Source: Pyrodictiaceae archaeon (lineage in GTDB: Archaea > Thermoproteota > Thermoprotei_A > Sulfolobales > Pyrodictiaceae). Taken from it: a DNA stretch of 64,000 nt. A model generated the notes under the pieces. That model searched no databases. It was not told where the DNA came from and worked only from the letters and a program-made list of their open reading frames with translations. Each line of letters starts with the position of its first letter. The stretch's first letter is position 1. Both the position numbers and the translations under genes were made by a program. Of the stretch, positions 30,301 through 37,410 are shown one piece after another. The stretch lies in assembly GCA_027036135.1 (NCBI GenBank), contig JALVSY010000007.1, positions 868,880-932,879 on the forward strand, in the 5' to 3' direction.

Positions 30301-30799
30301 TAGGGCTGGTGGGGAGCCTGGGGATCCCGGGCTGAGGCGGCTCTTGGAGGCCCAGGCCGAGCTGCTCGCGGCGATGGGCAAGGCCCAGGCGGAGATCCTC
30401 CAGGCCCAGAGGACCAGCCAGGAGAAGCTCAACAGGCTACTAGAGCTCCAGGAGCGCCAGACCCGGCTCCTAGAGCAGATGATAACCCTCCTAGAGCAGC
30501 TAGCCCGGAACAGACGGCACCGGGAAAGCACGCACGGAGAGATCACAGAGCCAGAGGAACCACCCAGAGACACGGAGACACCAGCAGGGACACCGGGGGA
30601 AGCCGGGAAGCCAGAGCAGCCAGACGGGCAGACATGCATCCCGGTAGAGCTAGACGAGCCCCCAGGCCAAACGGCCTGCCTACCGCCACAGGTGGCCCGG
30701 CTAGCAAACCAGTACCGCAAACAAGGCTACAAGCTAACCCAAACCCCAACCGGCAGAATATACGCAACCCGCAGAAACCGCCGAATCCCCCTATACTAG
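27386..30799 (+). CDS. VirD4/TraG-like coupling ATPase with C-terminal wHTH, PD-(D/E)XK-like domain and coiled coil
   Basis: HAWVIGQTGSGKS, IDPHGD, IDEFQN, EARKYG, AHQ; RPDLVA...AVEVES. Confidence 0.85.
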   Translation: MGLARRDVEKSRVLGGTHYVGWVRLRPRLGYEKEFAQLVAMSPHVVLEAHRLGDRLEFYAWIRDIALPLLRRRASVEPVEEPPPLTQKWVAELRAPSDAWETGVEVSEAWLSVYDWLLPGEAVQIVGFYDMRTHRELAKKARHYRLGEKPELKGLGPLEYHKKDPDRARHLSQLSTKRIYITAVRFYADDKKRVKELGERAAGFFTPALRARVSRRGNLAKLRDPMSLMGRFHPRKEYPWIPQDSFMNLVRLPRPDEVSARLDFARGAALPQVAPRPRGLCIRLGELENGEEYCLPLEELQRHAWVIGQTGSGKSTFLWNLSLRLLEKGRGAVVVIDPHGDLAFDVLESAPRLDRVYLLDPMRKPFGLNPLDLPRLPDRGQAVALAVDHLITIFEKVLRLPETAVNVRYLLQVLLRYMYERMDSPTLGDVYAAIVALYHGQLDLPVEDPEWRVQVEALQRLQDQTFLSALSRLEPFANHPILRRITSRTTVPLEEVLRPGSLVLIRLPKGELGESVLRLLAPAIVLRLWFYALERAARGEERAPIYVVIDEFQNLAGLPVVETILSEARKYGLHLVMAHQHTKQLPEELLQSVFSNTGVKVVFRVGGQDLEKLKQLDPEFAQELGKVLASLTTGRAVVKRSGLPGEEPPPPALVKTDPPPRRRLSNIGVVDKLPSFAPPPEEPGVDIVARLNPVLRYLPRDRLDPVEAWVLFHVYEATEGGSREELWSNVLVRLGLPRSRADEARNSLASRGLIEARREGNRWLVRYVRGLFEGLRQVAPSDEGYGLARRALLYYFSRGYVVYPARQDPGLPARPDLVAIPFDPSGMSLRYDRAVAVEVESCNELGTHPEQVIRNLLKHSGDVFAEVHLWAPLGCRGRLVEILARVEGRLPLPVRVMPEEERSEAGHGGGRAEAAGIAGGAASPAPAAAGGVADVGAGVAGGVEEEAVEGEAPGEQRVEGAGVGEKPVDGQPRAGGEPGDPGLRRLLEAQAELLAAMGKAQAEILQAQRTSQEKLNRLLELQERQTRLLEQMITLLEQLARNRRHRESTHGEITEPEEPPRDTETPAGTPGEAGKPEQPDGQTCIPVELDEPPGQTACLPPQVARLANQYRKQGYKLTQTPTGRIYATRRNRRIPLY

Positions 30800-30975
30800 G
30801 GTGAATACCCGCGCCCGCCGCCCATACGCCACCCATACACCAGCCGTAAGCCAGCCGTACGGCGCCCGCGCTCCAGCCGTGAGGCAGCCATACGGCTACC
30901 ATGCACCGGCCTCTGGGCGCGTCTATCCTCCTCTACCATTCTCTGGACGCGCCTAGACGTACCTAGACGTACACT
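30800..30975. repeat. Cluster of short direct/inverted repeats
   Basis: CCAGCCGT x3 (30840, 30851, 30873), CCCATAC x2, CTCTGGRCGCG x2, CCTAGACGTA x2. Confidence 0.55.
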
Positions 30976-31068
30976 GTCGTGCTCTGCCGCTCTCCTCCGC
31001 CCTGGGGCGTAGCAGCACTATCCTCGGAACGGCTATGCTTTACATTATTGCACTGTCTATAGCAGCTA

Positions 31069-31422
31069 TTGTTTTCTCCCGGCTCTAGGCTACCTAGCGG
31101 AGGTGGAGCCCGGGTGCCGCGTGGAAAACGAAACCCCCTGGATGACATAGACATAGAGGAGTGGCTCCGCAGCCTACCCCCGTGGAAGCGGGAGGCGCTA
31201 CGACGCCTAGCCCGGGGCGAGAAGCTCTACACAATGGACATAGTAAGGATAGCAGGCACCCCGTACAGCACCGTGATAAAATGGCTACAACGCCTAGAGA
31301 CCCGAGGCATACTCAAAAGCCGCAGAGTAGGCTTCCAAAACAAGAAGACATGGATAATGAAAGAACCCTACCGCAAACCCATCCTAGAAGCACTAGAGAA
31401 GCTAGGCCAGGAGCAGAGCTAG
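31069..31422 (+). CDS. Winged-helix transcriptional regulator (start probably downstream)
   Basis: TMDIVRIAGTPYSTVIKWLQRLETRGIL. Confidence 0.75.
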   Translation: MFSPGSRLPSGGGARVPRGKRNPLDDIDIEEWLRSLPPWKREALRRLARGEKLYTMDIVRIAGTPYSTVIKWLQRLETRGILKSRRVGFQNKKTWIMKEPYRKPILEALEKLGQEQS

Positions 31423-31604
31423 CAGCCTATTTTGCGCATGGTTTCTCCCGGCGCGGGTTAGGGTATTGGGGTGGGGTTCTCCAGGGATGCATGGTATGCG
31501 GGTTAGGGGTGTTGTCTCGTTCCAGCCGGTGGAGGGTTTCTCTGGGAATATGCGGGACTATTCCCGCATATTCCCTTCATTGTTCCCCCGCTTGGGTCGG
31601 GTTC

Positions 31605-32759
31605 TCATCCCCGCACAGCGGGGGCTATCAGGGCTCCATCTTGAACCCTCTGGGAGCCCCTCATCCGCGTGAGGCCCCTTAGCGCTAGGTTCCAAGCCGC
31701 TATGGTATCCCTTGTCGTGACAACATTGTTTGGTAGAAGCACCCAACGATAGTTCAGCCGCTTAACTGGGCCTATTGGCGATGTCTTGCTGGTGTCTCTC
31801 GCTGAAACATAGACTGCCCTTAGTCCTCTCCACGCCGCCTTGTACTCTATGAACTTTTGGAGCCGCCTGTAGGCTAGCTGCGTGAAGAGCCACGCTAGTT
31901 TATCGCTCCTCTCCGAGGCACGGCTTTTCAATCCCTTCAGGTTCTCCAGGACTATGAGAGAGTCGTACTTGTCCGCTATCTCTACTAGCTTCTTGGCTAC
32001 ACGGTGGGTGGCATCGTTGACTATGTTCTTGGCCCTCCTCATCCACCTAGCGTGGACACGACGAGACCACTTCATGAATCTCCAATGCCTCCCAATCCTC
32101 TTCTGCAACCTCTCAGCGAGTTTGCGGAGATGCAGCGCCTTCTTAAACCCCTTAAAGACTATAACGCCTGCCGTCACGATTCTACCAGTACTAGCGTCGA
32201 GAACAACGTAGCTGACGTTGTCAAGGTTGACGTCCACACCCATAACAGTTCTCGGCCTCCTCACCTCAACCTCTCTCTCAAGAGCAACATATACCTTGAA
32301 GCCACCGTCACGGTAGGATACCAGTAGCTCCTTGGGCTGCCACCCCTCGGCCATGAAGCGCTGGAGCCTGTTCACACCTCTTAGCTTTACCTCTACCCAG
32401 CCGCCGTTGAGCGCAGCTATCCTCAGCACCTTTTTCTCCGAGTCCAGCCTGTACTCGTAGGGATGGAGCCTGGCTGTCAGCCTCCTCAATAATGGCTTGG
32501 AGCCGCCGTTCCTCCTGGCTGCTTTCACTATCTCTTTGGCCCTCTTGTATATCTCGCTCACGTGGTGTGCGCGGAAGCCCCACTCGCGTAGCTCCCTGTA
32601 GAACATCTCGTGGAGCTGCCTAACAGTGGGAACCCTATCCATGCCCCATATCCTATCCACGGCGTACTGGACAGCGTCGCGGTACGCCCTGAGGAAGGCT
32701 AACAGGGGCTGGGGATTAGGGGCCACCCCTCCAAGCACAACGGTGGCATGTACCCTCAT
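31605..32759 (-). CDS. tnpB: TnpB RNA-guided nuclease
   Basis: RuvC D-E-D intact (GVDVN, VLENL, RDTIAAWN); Zn-finger cysteines absent (TSKTSPIG). Confidence 0.92.
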   Translation of the reverse strand: MRVHATVVLGGVAPNPQPLLAFLRAYRDAVQYAVDRIWGMDRVPTVRQLHEMFYRELREWGFRAHHVSEIYKRAKEIVKAARRNGGSKPLLRRLTARLHPYEYRLDSEKKVLRIAALNGGWVEVKLRGVNRLQRFMAEGWQPKELLVSYRDGGFKVYVALEREVEVRRPRTVMGVDVNLDNVSYVVLDASTGRIVTAGVIVFKGFKKALHLRKLAERLQKRIGRHWRFMKWSRRVHARWMRRAKNIVNDATHRVAKKLVEIADKYDSLIVLENLKGLKSRASERSDKLAWLFTQLAYRRLQKFIEYKAAWRGLRAVYVSARDTSKTSPIGPVKRLNYRWVLLPNNVVTTRDTIAAWNLALRGLTRMRGSQRVQDGALIAPAVRG

Positions 32760-32791
32760 CCCCCAGCCCCGAGCTAGAATATCGGGGAATA

Positions 32792-33454
32792 TCAGCCTGG
32801 TTTAAACCTTTCTGGCAGGGAGACACCCGTCTCCCTTAGAAACCGCAGGTTTGCCTCCACAAGCCTCTTCGCCCTGTGGCTTCTCCTGCCGTAGATACGG
32901 GCGGCAAAGCTAACGATAATCTCTACGAAGTCCTCTACCAGCTCCTCCAACGGCTCCTTCTCCGTCTTAAACGCCTCAACTATCTCCACGCCACACTGCC
33001 TGAAGAAGTACTCTAGGTACTCGAACCCGAACCTGGTGAGACGGTCACGATAGGTAACTAATACAACATCCACGCGGCGCTGGGTAACCATTCTCAAAAG
33101 CTTCCTAAGACCTCTACGGTTTGTCTTCAACCCGCTACCGATGTCTCGTATAATCTCTACGACTTGGTATCCACGCTCGGCAGCATACTTCCTCAACACC
33201 TCAACCTGCCTATCAAGGTCACCTTGCTTAGCCTGTTTATCGCTGCTAACACGGGCATAGATGACAGCACGAGGCTTCTCCACGAGCCTCATCTCTGGTG
33301 GCCTGAGCTTCTCAAACTCCTCAAGAGGGATTGCTAGACGGCCATTGGGTAGCCTCACAACCTTGAAGCGCCCCTGCTTAGCCCACTTCCACAACGTGAT
33401 ATAGGCCACTCCTAGCCGCTCAGCAGCCTCCTTAAGCAAAATGTAACGCTCCAC
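32792..33454 (-). CDS. tnpA: IS607 TnpA serine recombinase with MerR-type HTH
   Basis: EAAERLGV...LWKW; IYARVSS, DIGSGL, YRDRLTRFG, ARIYGRRS. Confidence 0.95.
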   Translation of the reverse strand: MERYILLKEAAERLGVAYITLWKWAKQGRFKVVRLPNGRLAIPLEEFEKLRPPEMRLVEKPRAVIYARVSSDKQAKQGDLDRQVEVLRKYAAERGYQVVEIIRDIGSGLKTNRRGLRKLLRMVTQRRVDVVLVTYRDRLTRFGFEYLEYFFRQCGVEIVEAFKTEKEPLEELVEDFVEIIVSFAARIYGRRSHRAKRLVEANLRFLRETGVSLPERFKPG

Positions 33455-33632
33455 AAAATCACCGAATATTCGAGAATAACCCAGAATATTCTAAACGTTA
33501 CGGCTGCTCTGCCACCCCCGCCGCAGCGTCGCCGACTGCCTACGCAGCTGCCTAGCCGCCCACGTAAAGCCAGCCCCTAAGCCGAGCCAGCTAGTTGCCG
33601 CGCTCATATTATACGGGTGGTATCGCGTAAAA

Positions 33633-34070
33633 GTGCTCGGAGACGATAACGGGGATACCGGGGAGCAGGAGCTACCCAGGGCTATAGACTGCACGCACCT
33701 CTCCATGAAGGAGCCTTATCCGCTCAATAAGCTAAGAGGCCTCCTCGCCGCCCATAGAGCCGCAAGAACCCTGGCATGGCTCCTCGAGAGAAGCACTACT
33801 AGCATAGACGTACTCGAGGCCCGAGGCGGCATACTCGGTACGAGGCTCCGCGTGAAGCTAAACCCCCGTATACTAGGCGTCGACGCGCCCAGGTGCATAT
33901 GTGGGGCAGAGCCAAGGGAGCTAGAACTAGCCGTAGAGCAGCCACAGTACGCGGCCCTCGAGCCCCTGGCAATATACCTCCGAGCAGCTAGGCAGAAAAC
34001 GTGTCGAAACAACCTACTACAATTCCTAGAACAATGGAGCCCGAGCCACCAGACAAACCAGCCCACATAA
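33633..34070 (+). CDS. Hypothetical protein
   Basis: 145-aa ORF with element-like codon usage. Confidence 0.5.
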   Translation: MLGDDNGDTGEQELPRAIDCTHLSMKEPYPLNKLRGLLAAHRAARTLAWLLERSTTSIDVLEARGGILGTRLRVKLNPRILGVDAPRCICGAEPRELELAVEQPQYAALEPLAIYLRAARQKTCRNNLLQFLEQWSPSHQTNQPT

Positions 34071-34103
34071 CCCATGGCTCTCTCCCGGTATCGGCCTAGC
34101 ATA

Positions 34104-34162
34104 GTGGAGGGTTTCTCTGGGAATATGCAAGACCATTCCCGCATATTCCCTTCATCGTTCCC
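34104..34162 (-). repeat. Orphan copy of the IS607 right-end block
   Basis: 55/59 identical to 31529-31587. Confidence 0.8.
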
Positions 34163-34173
34163 CGCCCCTCGCT

Positions 34174-35961
34174 TTAGGGAGTTTCATACCTGCTCCGTGA
34201 TATGGTCTCACGCAGCACTTCGGCTATTGTCTCTCTAAACTGGCGCAGAGAACTTATCAGGCTAGACTCGGCTACAGCACGATCGCCCAGTATATCAAGG
34301 CCCCTTGGAAGCACATACGTAGTTGTAAACACCTTTAGCAAATTAGCAGCATTATCTGACGCAGGCCTAACTATAAATCCCTCTTCAAGATTGATGAGCC
34401 CTATCTCTTCTAGCCTAAAGAAATATTTTGATAGAATGCTCAGTGTACGCCTGTCGCTTGCCTCCTCAAAGAGATCTACAATACCGCTCCGTAGCAGTCT
34501 TTCAAGTATCTCTAGGAGGTCTATGCCCTCTTGCGCGAGAATAGCATCATATCTCTTTGTAATGTCGTACAAGTAGATGTATAGATCTCTATCAATGGCC
34601 TCTTCTATGAATTTCGCAGGTGCAACGCCAACCCACATGTATCGATAGCTTGAAGGTATAAGGAGACCATGATCGCTTAAAACTCGTATAATGCCTACTG
34701 CAGCCTCTTCGCTTATTTTAAGTGAACGTGCTAGATCTCCCGGTGACACACTTACATTAGTCACTATATGCTCAAGAACCGTTCTCATAGTGCGTGAGGA
34801 TCTTTCAAATAATTGGTTAATGCTCCTAATTACGTCACGTAGCTCAGTACCGCGCAGAAGGACAAGCCTATGAAAGATAGCCTTTGGGACAACGAAGTTG
34901 TCCGGACCTATAAGTTCTACTATACGGTACCGAAGTAGTCTGCGCATGAATACTCTCTCTATTACCTCTATATACGTCTTCGTACCCGCCTCTTCACGTG
35001 TACGCTCTAGTATTGGGTCACCTATGCCCTCTAGAATCTCGTCACGCGTGAGAGCTCTATTATAGGCTATACTATAGAGTGCCACGGCTATGGGCTGGTA
35101 GAAATCTGGTATTGAAGACATTACGGAATCTAGCTTCCTCGTTAACCACTTATATGCCTCAAGACCTGTTTCGTGAAGTGGATAAAGTATCTTACGGTTC
35201 TTATCGAACCTAGCAAGATATAATGCGTCTACTTGTTCAAGGTAGCGATATCTTACGCTTCTATGTCTTGCAAGGCTCTCAACAAAAGCCCATTTTCTTC
35301 CAACTTCCTCTATTAGCTTATTGATGTCCATTGGTTCGCCTAAAAGGTTAGGTGGAAGTGAGAGAGCAAATAGACGCGTTATTCTTAAAATTCCTGAGAG
35401 CTCTGCTCTTTCAGCTCTGGCCATACTGCTGTTGTCGAGCATGCCACTGGCTTTTACACGCTCATAGTCTGTAACTATGTATATGGCTCCTGAGAAACGC
35501 CGAGTTAGCGGCAGCCCTTTCCAAAGCACTTTTTGGAGGATGATCTTAGGAGACGGAGCTATATCGTCGTTGAATGCCTCGAGAGGTGAGTCACGTATTT
35601 TTGCGATACTGCGTACTTTGTAAAATACATGTTTCTTACGCACAGTTTCTATCAATGAGGAAACGTCTATATCTACTCTTTGATTAAGAATTTTCTCTAT
35701 TTTTGAGATTACTTTCCATCCAAGATCTGATAGTGACAGTCTATAGTCCTCGTTATACGTGACGAGGCCTAGTGAAACGAGCTTAGAGAGTATTTTCCAT
35801 GCGCGGTTATCGTTGACACCAAGCCATTCTATAAGGTCCTTTATTGTAGCGCTTATACCAGCCTTATTCTTTGCTGCTATAACTATTAGGGCTTCAACTG
35901 CGCGGGGGGAGCGCACGATTCGATTGAATGCCTCGTCTTCGGAGAGGGAATGGGTCTGCAA
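34174..35961 (-). CDS. 595-aa multi-winged-helix protein, lower GC than its surroundings
   Basis: Several wHTH-like segments (e.g. IKDLIEWLGV...LVSLGLV; PGDLARSLKI...LSDHGLL). Confidence 0.7.
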   Translation of the reverse strand: MQTHSLSEDEAFNRIVRSPRAVEALIVIAAKNKAGISATIKDLIEWLGVNDNRAWKILSKLVSLGLVTYNEDYRLSLSDLGWKVISKIEKILNQRVDIDVSSLIETVRKKHVFYKVRSIAKIRDSPLEAFNDDIAPSPKIILQKVLWKGLPLTRRFSGAIYIVTDYERVKASGMLDNSSMARAERAELSGILRITRLFALSLPPNLLGEPMDINKLIEEVGRKWAFVESLARHRSVRYRYLEQVDALYLARFDKNRKILYPLHETGLEAYKWLTRKLDSVMSSIPDFYQPIAVALYSIAYNRALTRDEILEGIGDPILERTREEAGTKTYIEVIERVFMRRLLRYRIVELIGPDNFVVPKAIFHRLVLLRGTELRDVIRSINQLFERSSRTMRTVLEHIVTNVSVSPGDLARSLKISEEAAVGIIRVLSDHGLLIPSSYRYMWVGVAPAKFIEEAIDRDLYIYLYDITKRYDAILAQEGIDLLEILERLLRSGIVDLFEEASDRRTLSILSKYFFRLEEIGLINLEEGFIVRPASDNAANLLKVFTTTYVLPRGLDILGDRAVAESSLISSLRQFRETIAEVLRETISRSRYETP

Positions 35962-35991
35962 GTACCCACCCCTGGAGGGGTGGGTACTTGC
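35958..35991. promoter_or_regulatory. Perfect 16-bp inverted repeat over the start/RBS of the 595-aa gene
   Basis: GCAAGTACCCACCCCT-GG-AGGGGTGGGTACTTGC; third half-site at 36047-36060. Confidence 0.6.
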
Positions 35992-36248
35992 TTTCCTCTT
36001 TAAAGTTTTACGGAATGAATAGAATTGAATTTGGATTTTTATGGCAAGGGGTGGGTACTTACAACTCCATGTTCTTTTGGCTTGGTCTCCAGAGAAACTT
36101 GGCCTAACCTCCTCCCCGCCCCCATATATCCCGTTCTGGGGTAGTTATGTACTGTTGTAGGTGGTATATGGTACCGTTCTGAGTAGTAGCTGGGGAAACC
36201 TATATACCACCTCTGCCGGTACATGTACTGTCTTGGGTGGTACAAGGG

Positions 36249-36647
36249 ATGCCGCGGCCCGGGTACGCAAGCATAACCATAAGGGCACAGGTCAAGGAGA
36301 AGCTAGAACACTACGCAGCCCGGAAAGGCTACGCAACACTAAGCGACACAATAAACAGCCTCCTCGAAGAAGCAGAGTGCTGCCACAAGCTAGGAGAAAA
36401 ACTACAGGCAGTAGAGCAGAGACTAGGAGAACTAGAGACAACATGCAGGAAAACCTACCTAGCGCTACTCAGGCTCCTCGAGGAGCTCACAGGCAGCGAG
36501 GAAGAGGGGCCCGAAAGCCCCGCCGGGGCCGTGGAGGATGAGCATCCGGCACGAACAGAGCCCCGCCCACGCGGGGCAGTGGCGAGCACCTCCTCCACCG
36601 ACACCCAGCCCCGGCGGGGCCGGGAACCCAGAGAAAATATAGAGTAA
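36249..36647 (+). CDS. RHH + coiled-coil protein
   Basis: YASITI...KLEHYA...LSDTINSLL followed by heptads. Confidence 0.65.
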   Translation: MPRPGYASITIRAQVKEKLEHYAARKGYATLSDTINSLLEEAECCHKLGEKLQAVEQRLGELETTCRKTYLALLRLLEELTGSEEEGPESPAGAVEDEHPARTEPRPRGAVASTSSTDTQPRRGREPRENIE

Positions 36648-36684
36648 GAACCCACCCAATAAACATTATGGAGAGTGAAACAAA

Positions 36685-37410
36685 ATGATACTCAAGAGAA
36701 AGTCTCCGGAGGAGCGCTTCGCAGAGGACCTGGCGAGGGCCCTCGAGGAGGAGCACAAGCGCTGGCTCGAGAGCCTGCCGCCCGAGAAGCGCCGCCTAGT
36801 CCTCGAGCGCGAGAAACTAATGCTCAAGAACAGCCCCGCGTGGCGCGAGGCAGAGAAACGCATCGAACGCGGCGAAATCAAGCTATACTGGCGCAAGATA
36901 GACGGTGACTTACGCATCGTTGCTCGCGATACAATGAAGAACTTCCCCTTTAAGCGGCACAGGGATTACTTATTACTGCCTTCAGGCACGGAGGGATACA
37001 TGGAAGATCATCCTCCCATAAGCATTGATTGGATAACAGAAAATGCAGAAACTTGGCGGCCTCGCGCTCTGGCAACAACTAAACGCCTCGAGGAGCCCAT
37101 TGAACTTACAGGATACGATGGTTACTATGAAGTTCCTTACGTCTGTGAAATAGAGGCAAGGGATGGCCGCCGCTTCCTAGCCGCTGCCATGGAGTGCCTA
37201 CTCCTCGAGGAGATAGACGGCAGGAAGACCGCTAAAGAGGTAATAGATAACGTCTCGACACGCTACGTGGAGAAACTACTCCATAAATACAGGCAGCTAA
37301 TAAGAGAGGGGAAGCTAGCCAAAGAGGAAGCAAAAAATCTAATGGACTCAATACCTGGCGACGCCCTTGTCGGCCTCGCTATATTGAAAGATCTCGGCCT
37401 CATAGTCTGA
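36685..37410 (+). CDS. Hypothetical protein with C-terminal PqqD-like helix-turn-helix
   Basis: LLEEIDGRKTAKEVI...LKDLGLI. Confidence 0.55.
   Translation: MILKRKSPEERFAEDLARALEEEHKRWLESLPPEKRRLVLEREKLMLKNSPAWREAEKRIERGEIKLYWRKIDGDLRIVARDTMKNFPFKRHRDYLLLPSGTEGYMEDHPPISIDWITENAETWRPRALATTKRLEEPIELTGYDGYYEVPYVCEIEARDGRRFLAAAMECLLLEEIDGRKTAKEVIDNVSTRYVEKLLHKYRQLIREGKLAKEEAKNLMDSIPGDALVGLAILKDLGLIV

Larger units (their letters stand above)
31529..33498 (-). mobile_element. IS607-family element (~1.97 kb; ends approximate)
   Basis: tnpA+tnpB; 10-bp-period GAATATTC-like triplets at both ends (33464/33474/33484 and 31546/31556/31566). Confidence 0.85.

Noticed and set aside
29231-30720. Long antisense ORFs (291 and 264 aa) and similar shadow ORFs across the element
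   Set aside because: They lie opposite well-supported genes in GC-rich DNA and translate to low-complexity sequence.
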